From a virus, in the IMG/VR virus record IMGVR_UViG_3300032287_001394: a stretch of 64,000 nucleotides of DNA. One strand, 5' to 3'. This document shows, in pieces, positions 54,784 through 64,000 of this stretch; position 1 is the first letter of the stretch; each line of letters begins with the position of its first letter. The notes below the pieces were generated by a model that did not search any database, had not been told where the DNA came from, and saw nothing but the letters and a program-made list of their open reading frames with translations. The translations under genes were made by a program, and so were the position numbers.

Positions 54784-56568
54784 ATGACTGACGAAGTCCA
54801 CGGTATTAAGGTAGACTATTTACGCGACTCATTGTTCGATGAGTTAGGAATGATTAGGTTAAAAGAGTCATACATGGCAGACGGTGAAGTAAGTCCTCAA
54901 GAAAGATTTGCATTCGTATCAAGCAAATTCGCAACAGACAAATTTCATGCACAAAGATTGTACGAGTATAGCAGTAAGCATTGGTTGTCATATGCTACGC
55001 CTATCCTTTCATTTGGCAGATCCAAGCGAGGATTACCTATATCATGTTTTTTAAACTTTATTGAAGATACGGCCGAAGGCCTAGTGGAGAATTTGAGTGA
55101 GACTAATTGGTTATCTATGCTTGGGGGTGGTGTTGGTATTGGCTTTGGAATCAGGTCTGCTGATGATAAGTCTACTGGCGTTATGCCTCATCTTAAAATG
55201 TATGATGCTAGCTCTCTTGCTTATCGTCAAGGCCGTACTCGTCGCGGTAGTTATGCTGCTTACTTGGATATTTCACACCCTGACATTCTAATGTTCCTTG
55301 AGATGCGTAAGCCTACAGGTGACCAAAACATGCGTTGCTTGAACTTACATCATGGTGTAAACATTCCTGATGCATTCATGGAGATCATTGAGAACTGTAT
55401 GAAAGATCCTGAAGCTAATGATGATTGGGAATTAAGAGATCCACATTCAGGTGAATTAAGAGAAACTGTATCTGCAAAAGAACTATGGCAAAAGCTATTA
55501 GAACTACGCATGACTACAGGAGAACCATATCTGCACTTCATTGATGAGTCTAATAGAAAGATGCCTCAATGGTTAAAAGACAAAGGTTTGAAGATACATC
55601 AATCTAACCTATGTTCAGAGATTATTCTACCTACTAATGAGAAGAGGACGGCTGTATGTTGTCTATCTAGTTTAAACTTGGAGTATTATGATGATTGGAA
55701 AAATGATAAACTTTTTCTTAAAGACGTTGCAGAAATGTTGGATAATGTGTTACAATATTTTATTGACACTGCTCCTTCTAGTATTAAGCGTGCTCGTTAT
55801 TCTGCTACTCGTGAGCGGAGCATTGGGATTGGTGCTCTTGGCTGGCATGCTTTGCTTCAGCGAAAAAATACTCCCTGGGAGAGTGCAATGGCAACCGGAC
55901 TTAATAAACAAATCTTCGCGCATATTAGATCAAGCCTTGATAAAGCAAATCAACAGTTGGGTAAAGAACGAGGAGAAGCTCCAGATGCCGAAGGTACTGG
56001 AAACCGTTTTTCTCATCTTATGGCTATTGCTCCCAATGCTAGCTCTTCTATTCTTATGGGAAATACATCTCCATCTATTGAGCCATTCAGAGCTAATGCC
56101 TACCGCCAAGATACTCTATCAGGATCTCACTTACACAAGAACCAGTATTTAGATAAAATTATTAAGGAAAAAGCTAATGATAAATATGATGAGATTTGGT
56201 CTTCGATTATTGCAAATGATGGTTCAGTTCAACATCTGGATATACTTGACGATTGGACCAAAGATGTGTTCAAGACTTCTATGGAGATTGACCAACGATG
56301 GGTGGTACAACACGCAGCAGATCGTCAAGAGTACATCGACCAAGCACAAAGCTTAAATGTATTCTTTAGACCTGATAGCAATATCAAGTATGTTCATGCA
56401 GTACATTTCCAAGCATGGAAACAAAAACTAAAAACAATGTATTATTGCAGATCTGACAAGATCGCTAAGGCCGACAAAGTATCTAAACGTATTGAACGTG
56501 AAGTCATCGCTGAGATTGATTTAAAAGCAATGACCGAAGGTGAAACATGTTTAGCTTGCGAAGGTTAA
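54784..56568 (+). CDS. nrdA: Ribonucleotide reductase class Ia alpha subunit
   Basis: PISCF, SNLCSEI, AVCCL, APNASS, YY, C-terminal CLACEG. Confidence 0.96.
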   Translation: MTDEVHGIKVDYLRDSLFDELGMIRLKESYMADGEVSPQERFAFVSSKFATDKFHAQRLYEYSSKHWLSYATPILSFGRSKRGLPISCFLNFIEDTAEGLVENLSETNWLSMLGGGVGIGFGIRSADDKSTGVMPHLKMYDASSLAYRQGRTRRGSYAAYLDISHPDILMFLEMRKPTGDQNMRCLNLHHGVNIPDAFMEIIENCMKDPEANDDWELRDPHSGELRETVSAKELWQKLLELRMTTGEPYLHFIDESNRKMPQWLKDKGLKIHQSNLCSEIILPTNEKRTAVCCLSSLNLEYYDDWKNDKLFLKDVAEMLDNVLQYFIDTAPSSIKRARYSATRERSIGIGALGWHALLQRKNTPWESAMATGLNKQIFAHIRSSLDKANQQLGKERGEAPDAEGTGNRFSHLMAIAPNASSSILMGNTSPSIEPFRANAYRQDTLSGSHLHKNQYLDKIIKEKANDKYDEIWSSIIANDGSVQHLDILDDWTKDVFKTSMEIDQRWVVQHAADRQEYIDQAQSLNVFFRPDSNIKYVHAVHFQAWKQKLKTMYYCRSDKIAKADKVSKRIEREVIAEIDLKAMTEGETCLACEG

Positions 56569-56582
56569 TTAAAAGGGGAAAT

Positions 56583-57329
56583 ATGAAGAAGTTATTAGTA
56601 CTAGCATTATTAGCATTTGCGTCAGTAGTATCAGCAAATGATATCGATACAAAGTGTAAGCAGCATGTAATCTATGGTGCACCAGTTAAAGTTGAAGGTA
56701 ATAACCAATACCTATGTCGTACAGCTTATGCAGTGAATTATAATTATAGTACAAAAGTTGCATTCTATGCAGTAGAACATATTACTGTACAAAACCTTAC
56801 TAAAACTGCTGCACGTAAAGATGACTTTAGAGAAGATCCAGAAGTACCTGTGCAACACAGAGCAACATTAGCAGACTATACCGGTATGGGTTTTGATCGT
56901 GGTCATGTTGCTCCTGCTGCGGATATGACGTTTGATGCTAAAGCAATGTCTGAATCATTCTATTTAACTAATATGATGCCTCAAGTTCCTGGTAATAATC
57001 GTGGAATTTGGAAATACCTTGAAGAAAATGTTAGGTATTGGGTACAAGTTAAAGGTGAAGTGTATGTGATTACTGGTACTTTATTTGAAGGTCAACCAAA
57101 GATGATGAATAAGGTAGCTATCCCATCTCATGTATATAAGATAGCGATTGATCCTAAATCTGGTAAACAAATCGCGTATCTATTCCCTAATGAAAAACTA
57201 GATCCTAAGTTAATTGATAACTATGCAGTATCTGTTGCATCTATAGAACAAAAGACAGGTATTAACTTTTCGCCGCTACTATCAAACAACACTGCAGAAA
57301 AAGCAGTATTAAAACTGAAAGACTTCTAA
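56583..57329 (+). CDS. Exported DNA/RNA non-specific endonuclease (NucA/EndoG family)
   Basis: Signal peptide; DRGH, NMMPQ, N.GIW..LE. Confidence 0.9.
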   Translation: MKKLLVLALLAFASVVSANDIDTKCKQHVIYGAPVKVEGNNQYLCRTAYAVNYNYSTKVAFYAVEHITVQNLTKTAARKDDFREDPEVPVQHRATLADYTGMGFDRGHVAPAADMTFDAKAMSESFYLTNMMPQVPGNNRGIWKYLEENVRYWVQVKGEVYVITGTLFEGQPKMMNKVAIPSHVYKIAIDPKSGKQIAYLFPNEKLDPKLIDNYAVSVASIEQKTGINFSPLLSNNTAEKAVLKLKDF

Positions 57330-57330
57330 G

Positions 57331-58311
57331 ATGGCAAGTAAACTAACTGACACAAGAGAATATTTTAAACCATTCAATTATGCATGGGCTTATGATGCAT
57401 GGCTAAAACATGAACAAGCACATTGGCTTCATACAGAAGTTCCTATGGCAGAAGATGTAAAAGATTGGAAGAAGAAATTAACTAAGGAAGAAAAACTATT
57501 CCTTACTAATATCTTTAGGTTCTTTACACAAGGCGACATAGACGTGGCCGGTGGATATGTTAAGAACTATCTACCATATTTCCCACAACCCGAAATACGA
57601 ATGATGTTGATGGGTTTTGCAGCGCGCGAAGCATTACATATTGCAGCTTACTCTCATCTTATTGAAACATTAGGTATGCCTGAATCAACTTATAACGAAT
57701 TCTTGGAATACCAAGAGATGAGGGATAAACATGATTATGTCACCGAGCTTAGTTCTAAAAACGGAGATCTTTCTAGTACTGCTACTCATATTGCTGTGTT
57801 TTCAGCATTTACCGAGGGGATGCAGTTATTCAGTTCTTTTATTATGTTGCTTAATTTTCCTCGTCATGGCTTGATGAAGGGTATGGGTCAGATCGTTACA
57901 TGGTCAATCGTAGACGAAACCATGCATGCTGAGAACATGATTAAATTATTTAAGACGTTCATCAAAGAGAACAATGAAATCTGGAATGATGACTTAAAAG
58001 GTCGCATATATACTATAGCAGAAAAGATGGTGCAACTTGAAGATAAGTTTATTGACTTATGTTATCAAGGTGCTAATATGAGAGCGTTAGAGCCAGAAGA
58101 TGTTAAACAATATATTCGCTACATCGCTGATAGACGACTCATCTCATTAGGATTAAAAGGTATTTTTAAAGTTAAAAAGAACCCACTACCATGGGTGGAG
58201 GAGATGATTAATGCTCCTGTACATGGTAACTTCTTTGAGAACCGTGTGACCGACTATGCAAAAGGTGCACTCAAAGGTTCATGGGAAGACGTATGGGGAG
58301 GAGCCCAATAA
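57331..58311 (+). CDS. nrdB: Ribonucleotide reductase class Ia beta subunit
   Basis: REALH..AY, EG..LFSSF, DETMH, NFFENR..DY. Confidence 0.96.
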   Translation: MASKLTDTREYFKPFNYAWAYDAWLKHEQAHWLHTEVPMAEDVKDWKKKLTKEEKLFLTNIFRFFTQGDIDVAGGYVKNYLPYFPQPEIRMMLMGFAAREALHIAAYSHLIETLGMPESTYNEFLEYQEMRDKHDYVTELSSKNGDLSSTATHIAVFSAFTEGMQLFSSFIMLLNFPRHGLMKGMGQIVTWSIVDETMHAENMIKLFKTFIKENNEIWNDDLKGRIYTIAEKMVQLEDKFIDLCYQGANMRALEPEDVKQYIRYIADRRLISLGLKGIFKVKKNPLPWVEEMINAPVHGNFFENRVTDYAKGALKGSWEDVWGGAQ

Positions 58312-58454
58312 TGGCAACAAAATATTTTCACTGTGAGAACTGTGAATCAACAGGTAAGGTGACCGTTAAGACTAACGACGTCACTATAGAAGATATTGTG
58401 TTTTGTCCAGTATGTGGAGCAGATATCTTTGAAGAAGACGAAGACGAAGAATGA
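58311..58454 (+). CDS. Small zinc-ribbon protein (47 aa, CENC...CPVCG, acidic tail), not in ORF track
   Basis: GGAGGAG SD; coupled to both neighbours. Confidence 0.75.
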   Translation: MATKYFHCENCESTGKVTVKTNDVTIEDIVFCPVCGADIFEEDEDEE

Positions 58455-58882
58455 CATGGTATTATAAAGGTGAGCCAGTTGAAGAGATTGATGAGAAATA
58501 TACAGGATTTGTATATATCATTACTAATCTGGTTACTGACAAGAAGTATATCGGAAAAAAACTTTCAAAGTTCTCTAAAACGAATGTTCGAACTATTAAG
58601 CTTAAGAATGGGACAAAGAAGAAAAAGAAGATCAGAAGTAAGGTCGAGTCGGACTGGAAGACATATTGGTCTTCATCAAAAGAAGTTATTGATGATGTCA
58701 AAATATTGGGAGAGGATAAGTTTAAACGGGAAATCCTAATGTTTTGTTTATCTAAAGGGACAGCCTCATACTTTGAGGCTAAGTTCCAAATGCAGAATGA
58801 AGTGCTTGAACATCCTGATAAGTGGTATAATGGGATAGTTAATTGTCGTGTACATAGGAGTCATATAAAATATGAAGATTAG
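58451..58882 (+). CDS. GIY-YIG-family endonuclease (Seg-like)
   Basis: GFVYIITN...YIGKK, F.REIL, YN. Confidence 0.8.
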   Translation: MTWYYKGEPVEEIDEKYTGFVYIITNLVTDKKYIGKKLSKFSKTNVRTIKLKNGTKKKKKIRSKVESDWKTYWSSSKEVIDDVKILGEDKFKREILMFCLSKGTASYFEAKFQMQNEVLEHPDKWYNGIVNCRVHRSHIKYED

Positions 58883-59156
58883 ATTAGCGTTTTTAACAAT
58901 AACTTTAATAGCTGTAGTTGCTGCATATTTCGCTTATGCATCATATATCCAAACAAAGCATTATGAAAATATATTAGTTGAGTTTGATAAGCGATTAACA
59001 TATAATGCTAGTAGATTAGATAACATACAAGAAGAAGATCGTAAATTAAATGCTGACATAGATAGTCTTAATAATAAGATCAATGCACTTAATGAAAAAA
59101 TAAGAATTCAAGAAGCATTAATTAATGAAACAAGAGCTAGAACAAAAAGGAAGTAA
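58872..59156 (+). CDS. Membrane-anchored coiled-coil protein
   Basis: N-terminal TM plus heptads. Confidence 0.65.
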   Translation: MKIRLAFLTITLIAVVAAYFAYASYIQTKHYENILVEFDKRLTYNASRLDNIQEEDRKLNADIDSLNNKINALNEKIRIQEALINETRARTKRK

Positions 59157-59158
59157 TT

Positions 59159-60139
59159 ATGAAAAGAGTATTGATCACTGGAGGTGCTGGATTCATAGCG
59201 CACCATGTAATAACATATATCTTAAACAAAACTGACTGGAACATAGTCACCTTAGATAGGTTAGATTTTTCAGGTAATTTAAACCGATTAGCTGAAGTAG
59301 TACCTAATGATGGCAGAGTAACAACTGTTTTTCATGATCTTAAAGCAGAATTAAATCCACAAATCATAAATGCAATTGGTGATATTGATATCATTTTACA
59401 TCTTGCAGCAGGTTCTCATGTAGACCGGTCTATTCAATTCCCAATGGAGTTTGTAATGGATAATGTTGTTGGTACATGTAATATTTTAAATTATGCAAGG
59501 TCATTGCCAAACTTAGAACGATTTATCTACTTTTCAACAGATGAAGTATTCGGTCCAGCTCCACAAGGTATTAACTATGGAGAATATGATCGATATAATT
59601 CATCTAACCCATACTCAGCTACCAAAGCTGGTGGAGAAGAACTCGCTGTAGCATTTGCTAATACATATGATTTACCATTATACATCACTCACACCATGAA
59701 TGTGTTTGGTGAAAGACAACATCCTGAAAAATATATTCCAGTTTGTATTAAACGCGTAAGAGATGGTGAAAAGATTACTATTCATTCAGATCCTACTAAA
59801 ACAATCCCAGGTAGTAGATATTATATTCATGCTTCTGAAGTAGCATCAGCATTATTATTCATACTTAACTTAAAAGATCAATCTAATGGATCTAAGTTTA
59901 ATGTAGTAGGTAAAGAAGAAATAAATAATCTACAGTTGGCTCAAATAATTGCTGATGTTCAAGGTAAACAACTCATCTATGAATTATCAGATTTCCATTC
60001 TGCTAGACCTGGGCACGACTTAAGGTATGCATTATCTGGAGAATATATGAGAAATCTTGGATGGGAACCACAAATATCACTAAAAGATCGAATATCTCAA
60101 GTTGTTTCTTGGACATTAGAAAACCATAGGTGGTTATGA
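59159..60139 (+). CDS. rmlB: dTDP-glucose 4,6-dehydratase-like SDR
   Basis: GGAGFI, HLAA.SHVDRSI, STDEV, YSATK, RPGHDLRY. Confidence 0.88.
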   Translation: MKRVLITGGAGFIAHHVITYILNKTDWNIVTLDRLDFSGNLNRLAEVVPNDGRVTTVFHDLKAELNPQIINAIGDIDIILHLAAGSHVDRSIQFPMEFVMDNVVGTCNILNYARSLPNLERFIYFSTDEVFGPAPQGINYGEYDRYNSSNPYSATKAGGEELAVAFANTYDLPLYITHTMNVFGERQHPEKYIPVCIKRVRDGEKITIHSDPTKTIPGSRYYIHASEVASALLFILNLKDQSNGSKFNVVGKEEINNLQLAQIIADVQGKQLIYELSDFHSARPGHDLRYALSGEYMRNLGWEPQISLKDRISQVVSWTLENHRWL

Positions 60140-61155
60140 ACGATAAAGTAATGACAGGTGTAATGTTCGGCGCAGCTATATCGCTGTCTGCTATCGCAGC
60201 GTGGTATTCAATCGCAGGACTAACAGCAATATTTGCTGCTGCAGTAGTGCCTATCATTATCATGGGTGGAATCTTAGAAGTATCTAAGTTAGTCGTAGCC
60301 TCATGGTTATATCGCAATTGGACAGAAGTCCCTAATACATTTAAAGTATACTTCACTGTAGCCGTTGTTATTTTAATGATGCTTACTTCTATGGGTATCT
60401 TTGGCTTCTTGTCTAAGGCACACTTAGATCAAGCAGTGCCAGCTGGTGACGTAACAGCGCAAGTTACTATATACGATGATAAGATCATGACAGAACGAGA
60501 TAATATAGCTGCTGCTCGTAAAGCTATATCCCAAATGGATGCACAAGTCGATCAGAAGCTATCAAGATCTACTGATGAGAAGGGTGCAGATAAAGCAGTA
60601 CAGATCAGACGTTCACAATCATCAGAACGTAAGAAGTTACAGAATGAGATATCAGAATCACAAAAGGCTATCGTTAAGCTACAAACAGAGCGTGCACCTA
60701 TAGCATCTCAAGCCCGTAAGATCGAGGCTGAGGTAGGTCCTATTAAGTATATCGCAGCATTAATCTATGGTGATACTCTTGATGCTAATGTACTTGAAAA
60801 GGCTGTCCGTTGGGTCATCATCATGATCGTACTGGTATTTGATCCATTGGCAGTACTCATGCTTGTGGCTGTCAACTGGTCTCTAAAAAAAAGACAACCT
60901 GAAGTAGAACTAGAAAATATAGAGCCTTGGCTTAATTATCCTATTGATCTACCAAAAAGGAAAGCAAAGCCTAAGAAGCGTAAATGGCTTGAACCAGAAC
61001 CAGAGTCTACACCTCTACCAGAACCAGAGGATCGTTATGATCCTGATGAGTATGTATCCCCAGCCAAGACCATAGAGCAAGAAGTAGACGAGCTCAATAA
61101 GCCTTTGAATTCATTGGAAAGATTGAAGCAGAAATACGGCGAACCTAACATCTAA
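60136..61155 (+). CDS. Conserved multi-TM coiled-coil protein
   Basis: YSIAGL..IF, TSMGIFGFLSKAH, EVGPIKY, VFDPLA. Confidence 0.75.
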   Translation: MNDKVMTGVMFGAAISLSAIAAWYSIAGLTAIFAAAVVPIIIMGGILEVSKLVVASWLYRNWTEVPNTFKVYFTVAVVILMMLTSMGIFGFLSKAHLDQAVPAGDVTAQVTIYDDKIMTERDNIAAARKAISQMDAQVDQKLSRSTDEKGADKAVQIRRSQSSERKKLQNEISESQKAIVKLQTERAPIASQARKIEAEVGPIKYIAALIYGDTLDANVLEKAVRWVIIMIVLVFDPLAVLMLVAVNWSLKKRQPEVELENIEPWLNYPIDLPKRKAKPKKRKWLEPEPESTPLPEPEDRYDPDEYVSPAKTIEQEVDELNKPLNSLERLKQKYGEPNI

Positions 61156-61159
61156 TCAT

Positions 61160-61167
61160 TATAAATA
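61160..61167 (+). promoter_or_regulatory. Late promoter TATAAATA heading the csg-like operon
   Basis: Intergenic consensus 4 nt before ATG. Confidence 0.7.
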
Positions 61168-61171
61168 GAAT

Positions 61172-61450
61172 ATGGGAGAGATATTCAAACTTATAGCAGA
61201 CGTAGGATTTCCAATAGCCGGAGCATGTGCGGCAGGTTACTTTGTATTCCTTACAGTTAGGTTTATCCTTGAAGGTGTTACTGGATCCGTAAAAGGTATG
61301 TCTGGTATCATCAAAGCTTTGGATAGAAGAGTAGCAGCTATGAATCATGATGTTATTCGCATCGACACTAAAGTATCTCATGCATTAGGTATCCCACCAG
61401 ATTTAGATAGAATTGCAAGAGCTGAGCAATCGGACGCTAGGAGAGACTAG
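61172..61450 (+). CDS. Small single-TM protein (GFPI type), paralogue 1
   Basis: LI..VGFPI...GYFV; coiled C-terminus. Confidence 0.75.
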   Translation: MGEIFKLIADVGFPIAGACAAGYFVFLTVRFILEGVTGSVKGMSGIIKALDRRVAAMNHDVIRIDTKVSHALGIPPDLDRIARAEQSDARRD

Positions 61451-61719
61451 TGGAAGACTTAGCAGATTTAATTAATAAGTATGGGTTTCCCATTATTGCG
61501 GCAGGCGGGTTAGGGTACTTCGTCTACTATGTTTGGAAATGGGTAACTGAAGAAATTGACCCTGTTATAGGTGAATCTAATAAAGTTTTAATTGAACTAA
61601 TCGATCGTATCAGGATGTTAGATAACGACTTGATTAGACTCAATCAAAAAGTGAACGTCATTTTATCTTTAAGAGAGAAGGAACAAAATGAAGCTCACGA
61701 CAAGGATACTAAGTCTTAG
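61450..61719 (+). CDS. Small single-TM protein (GFPI type), paralogue 2
   Basis: LI..YGFPI...GYFV; RIR..DND.IR. Confidence 0.75.
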   Translation: MEDLADLINKYGFPIIAAGGLGYFVYYVWKWVTEEIDPVIGESNKVLIELIDRIRMLDNDLIRLNQKVNVILSLREKEQNEAHDKDTKS

Positions 61720-62140
61720 TATTTTATTGACAGGTTTTGCTGTTCAAGCACAACCGCTCCCTGATTATACATTCAAGAGCCCATCATTTAACGGTAATGG
61801 GTACTCTGCACACGTCTTGACTATTGAGAACCAAGAACACAATCGCAGAGATGCTATTGAAAAAGAAATCCAAGCAGCTCTTGATAAAGAAAAGAACGAA
61901 GCAAAGAATACGAATATATCTAAGTTCCTTAACAACCTAGAATCCCGTATCTATGCACAGATTTCTCAAAACGTGGCGACTGCCATGTTTGCAGATGGTG
62001 GTAGTAATGCCGGCACATTAAACTTTGAAGGCAACATCATCAATTGGACAAAGAGCTCTACTGAGATAACTCTTAACGTGACTGATTATGTAGGTAGCAG
62101 CACGTCTATATCAATACCATTAGGATCATTTCAGTTCTAA
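61688..62140 (+). CDS. csgF: Curli assembly protein CsgF-like
   Basis: Signal peptide; Y.FKSPSF.GNG N-terminal motif; directly before csgG. Confidence 0.75.
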   Translation: MKLTTRILSLSILLTGFAVQAQPLPDYTFKSPSFNGNGYSAHVLTIENQEHNRRDAIEKEIQAALDKEKNEAKNTNISKFLNNLESRIYAQISQNVATAMFADGGSNAGTLNFEGNIINWTKSSTEITLNVTDYVGSSTSISIPLGSFQF

Positions 62141-62961
62141 TGAAACATTTTTTAATAATACTATCGCTTCTAGTTTTATCTGGTTGCGCGACTTCTACAG
62201 TTATTAAAGATGTAGAGAAACCTCTCATCTCTAAAAACTTAATGCAAAAGGAATTCGACATGCTTCCTGGCCCACATGGCAAGAAGCTATCTATTGCTGT
62301 ATATAGTTTTGCTGATAAGACTGGTCAGAGAAAACCAAGTGCTAACGTAGCTCAACTATCGACGGCAGTTACACAAGGTGCTGATGCATTCCTCATCAAG
62401 GCATTACAAGATGTGGGTAAAGGTCAGTGGTTTGATGTTGTCGAACGAGTTGGCTTGGATAGTCTAACTAAAGAGCGTCAGCTGATTCGCCAAATGCGCG
62501 AAGCTTACGAGGGTGACAAAGCCAAGCCTCTATCTCCCATGATGTTTGCGGGAATTATATTAGAAGGTGGTATCGTAGGATATGATTCATCGACAAGGTC
62601 TGGTGGATCTGCGATGAGGATGTTGGGCATTGGCCCACAAACACAATATTCTGAGGATATAGTAACTATCAGCTTAAGAGCTGTTAGTGTGAATTCAGGA
62701 AAAGTTTTAGTATCAGTGACAGTGCAGAAGACGGTTTATTCTGCTGCTGACAGCTTAGCGATGTTGAAGTTCGTTAAGAATGGAACACAAGCATTTGAAT
62801 TGGAGACAGGATTAACTATCAACGAGCCAGGTACATTAGCTGTTAAAGCTGCTGTTGAGGCTGCAGTTGTTGAGCTTATTAAAGAAGGAGAGAAGAAAGG
62901 TGTATGGGAGTTCTCATATCCTTATGTCGCTCCAGAAAATAAAATAGAGGAGACAAAATAG
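62140..62961 (+). CDS. csgG: Curli secretion channel CsgG-like lipoprotein
   Basis: Lipobox LSGC; AVY.F.DKTGQRK, STAVTQG, WF.VVER.GL..L.KERQLIR, EGGIVGYD. Confidence 0.93.
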   Translation: MKHFLIILSLLVLSGCATSTVIKDVEKPLISKNLMQKEFDMLPGPHGKKLSIAVYSFADKTGQRKPSANVAQLSTAVTQGADAFLIKALQDVGKGQWFDVVERVGLDSLTKERQLIRQMREAYEGDKAKPLSPMMFAGIILEGGIVGYDSSTRSGGSAMRMLGIGPQTQYSEDIVTISLRAVSVNSGKVLVSVTVQKTVYSAADSLAMLKFVKNGTQAFELETGLTINEPGTLAVKAAVEAAVVELIKEGEKKGVWEFSYPYVAPENKIEETK

Positions 62962-63744
62962 ATGAACAACTATTTAAAGATAATGGTTGCGATGATATTT
63001 TCGGCGTCTGCATTCGCAGCAGACAATAGTATCTACATTGACCAATCAGGTGATAATTCTACTATTGATATCACTCAAACGGGTGCTGGTAACGTTATTC
63101 GTGGGATTCAAGGAGTTGGTACTGGTAATACAACGCCAGCTAAGATCTATGGTAATAATACTGCTATAGATATCCAACAAGTTGGTTCTACTAACACGTT
63201 AAACTTAGGTGTGAATACATCTACTGCAACTGGTAGAGCATACGGTATTGACTTAACATACTACGTGACTGGTAATTCTGGTACTGCTACTATTAACAGT
63301 AATAACTCTGGTACAGGTACTTCTGGATCTAACTTTATTGACGTAAGACAAACAGGCAACTCTGCAGGTATTAACTTAAATATCTTAGGTTCTAAGAATG
63401 ACTTTACTGCTGTAACATCAGGTGGTTCTGGTAATAGTATCACAGCATCAATTACTGCTGACGAGACTGTTAATAATATATCAATGACTGGTGGTGGTAG
63501 CAATACATTAACACAGACTACTACAAGTAATAAAGCAACAAACAATATTACTACACTTGGTGCAAGTAATGGTATAGTGTTAACACAGTCTGGTACAGCT
63601 GGAACTAATGGTCATGCATTTACATTAAATCTAACTGGTTCAAGTAATACATTAAACGTAACACAATCAGGTACTATTGATACCACAGTGAACTTACTTA
63701 GCAATGGTAGTGGTAATGCATGGAACATCACAACTGGAAATTAA
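62962..63744 (+). CDS. Exported curlin-like repeat protein (CsgA/CsgB-like)
   Basis: Signal peptide; repeats NSIYIDQSG, STIDITQTG, AIDIQQVG, FIDVRQTG, GIVLTQSG, TLNVTQSG. Confidence 0.75.
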   Translation: MNNYLKIMVAMIFSASAFAADNSIYIDQSGDNSTIDITQTGAGNVIRGIQGVGTGNTTPAKIYGNNTAIDIQQVGSTNTLNLGVNTSTATGRAYGIDLTYYVTGNSGTATINSNNSGTGTSGSNFIDVRQTGNSAGINLNILGSKNDFTAVTSGGSGNSITASITADETVNNISMTGGGSNTLTQTTTSNKATNNITTLGASNGIVLTQSGTAGTNGHAFTLNLTGSSNTLNVTQSGTIDTTVNLLSNGSGNAWNITTGN

Positions 63745-64000
63745 TAGTTCTACTCTTATTCGCTGTTAATTCATACGCAGCGATAGGAACTATTACTGAA
63801 CAAAGTAATACCGCTCCTAGCATATCGCGAAAGAGCGGTACACTTTCAGGCACAAAAGGTACAGGCGTTGAGATGTCTGATACCATCAAAACAACTCAAG
63901 GTAAAGTAGGTATTACCTTTGAAGATAAAACAAAAGTAGACATCACAGAAAACTCGAAGTTAGTTATCGATGAGTTCGTCTATGATCCAAATTCTAAGAA
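63720..64000 (+). CDS. FecR-domain exported protein, 3'-truncated; not in ORF track
   Basis: MEHHNWKLIVLLLFAVNSYA-AIG...DTIKT..G.V.ITFED.T.V.ITENS.LVIDEFVYDP. Confidence 0.8.
   Translation, partial: MEHHNWKLIVLLLFAVNSYAAIGTITEQSNTAPSISRKSGTLSGTKGTGVEMSDTIKTTQGKVGITFEDKTKVDITENSKLVIDEFVYDPNSK

Noticed and set aside
23843-58311. Introns or inteins in gp43, gp41, nrdA, nrdB
   Set aside because: ORFs are continuous, of ordinary length, with no intein terminal motifs seen
61140-61172. Glutamine riboswitch upstream of the curli-like operon
   Set aside because: Only about 16 intergenic nt, occupied by the late promoter; no room for an aptamer
747-63545. Minus-strand ORFs in the six-frame track
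   Set aside because: Nearly all lie antisense to well-supported plus-strand genes, lack SDs and recognisable motifs; all promoters found point to the plus strand
1-64000. tRNA, tmRNA or rRNA genes
   Set aside because: No cloverleaf with T-loop GTTC(G/A)A and acceptor stem seen in the short intergenic gaps; tRNAscan-SE/ARAGORN would confirm

Overview
A 64 kb, AT-rich, almost entirely plus-strand segment of a large T4-like (myovirus) phage genome. It holds the T4 replication/recombination core (gp47, gp46, gp45, gp44, gp62, RegA, gp30, gp43, UvsX, gp41, gp61, NrdA/B). At least 13 copies of an early-type promoter (TGTACW-N17-TATAAT) and several T4 late promoters (TATAAATA) are present. An unannotated 23-aa PqqA peptide points to a Methylophilaceae host (inference). 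Best candidate for a new system: a DNA-hypermodification pathway in which a T4 gp42-type dCMP hydroxymethylase co-occurs with an operon of a UDG-like protein, two amino acid:DNA transferase-like paralogues, a PLP enzyme and a beta-glucosyltransferase-N-domain/SGNH fusion. That combination suggests amino-acid or amine modification of cytosine rather than thymidine. Other highlights: a host-takeover cluster (pqqA, bS21 with an apparent ATA start, an AT-hook-like micropeptide, an RNAP omega-like protein, and Hsp20 behind a ROSE-like thermometer); proteins with T4 capsid-targeting-like N-termini, including RNA-ligase-like, HAD and nucleotidyltransferase enzymes and modular polyproteins; an embedded o-spanin; and a late CsgF-CsgG-curlin-FecR operon. 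All family calls come from motif recognition by eye; no searches were run.
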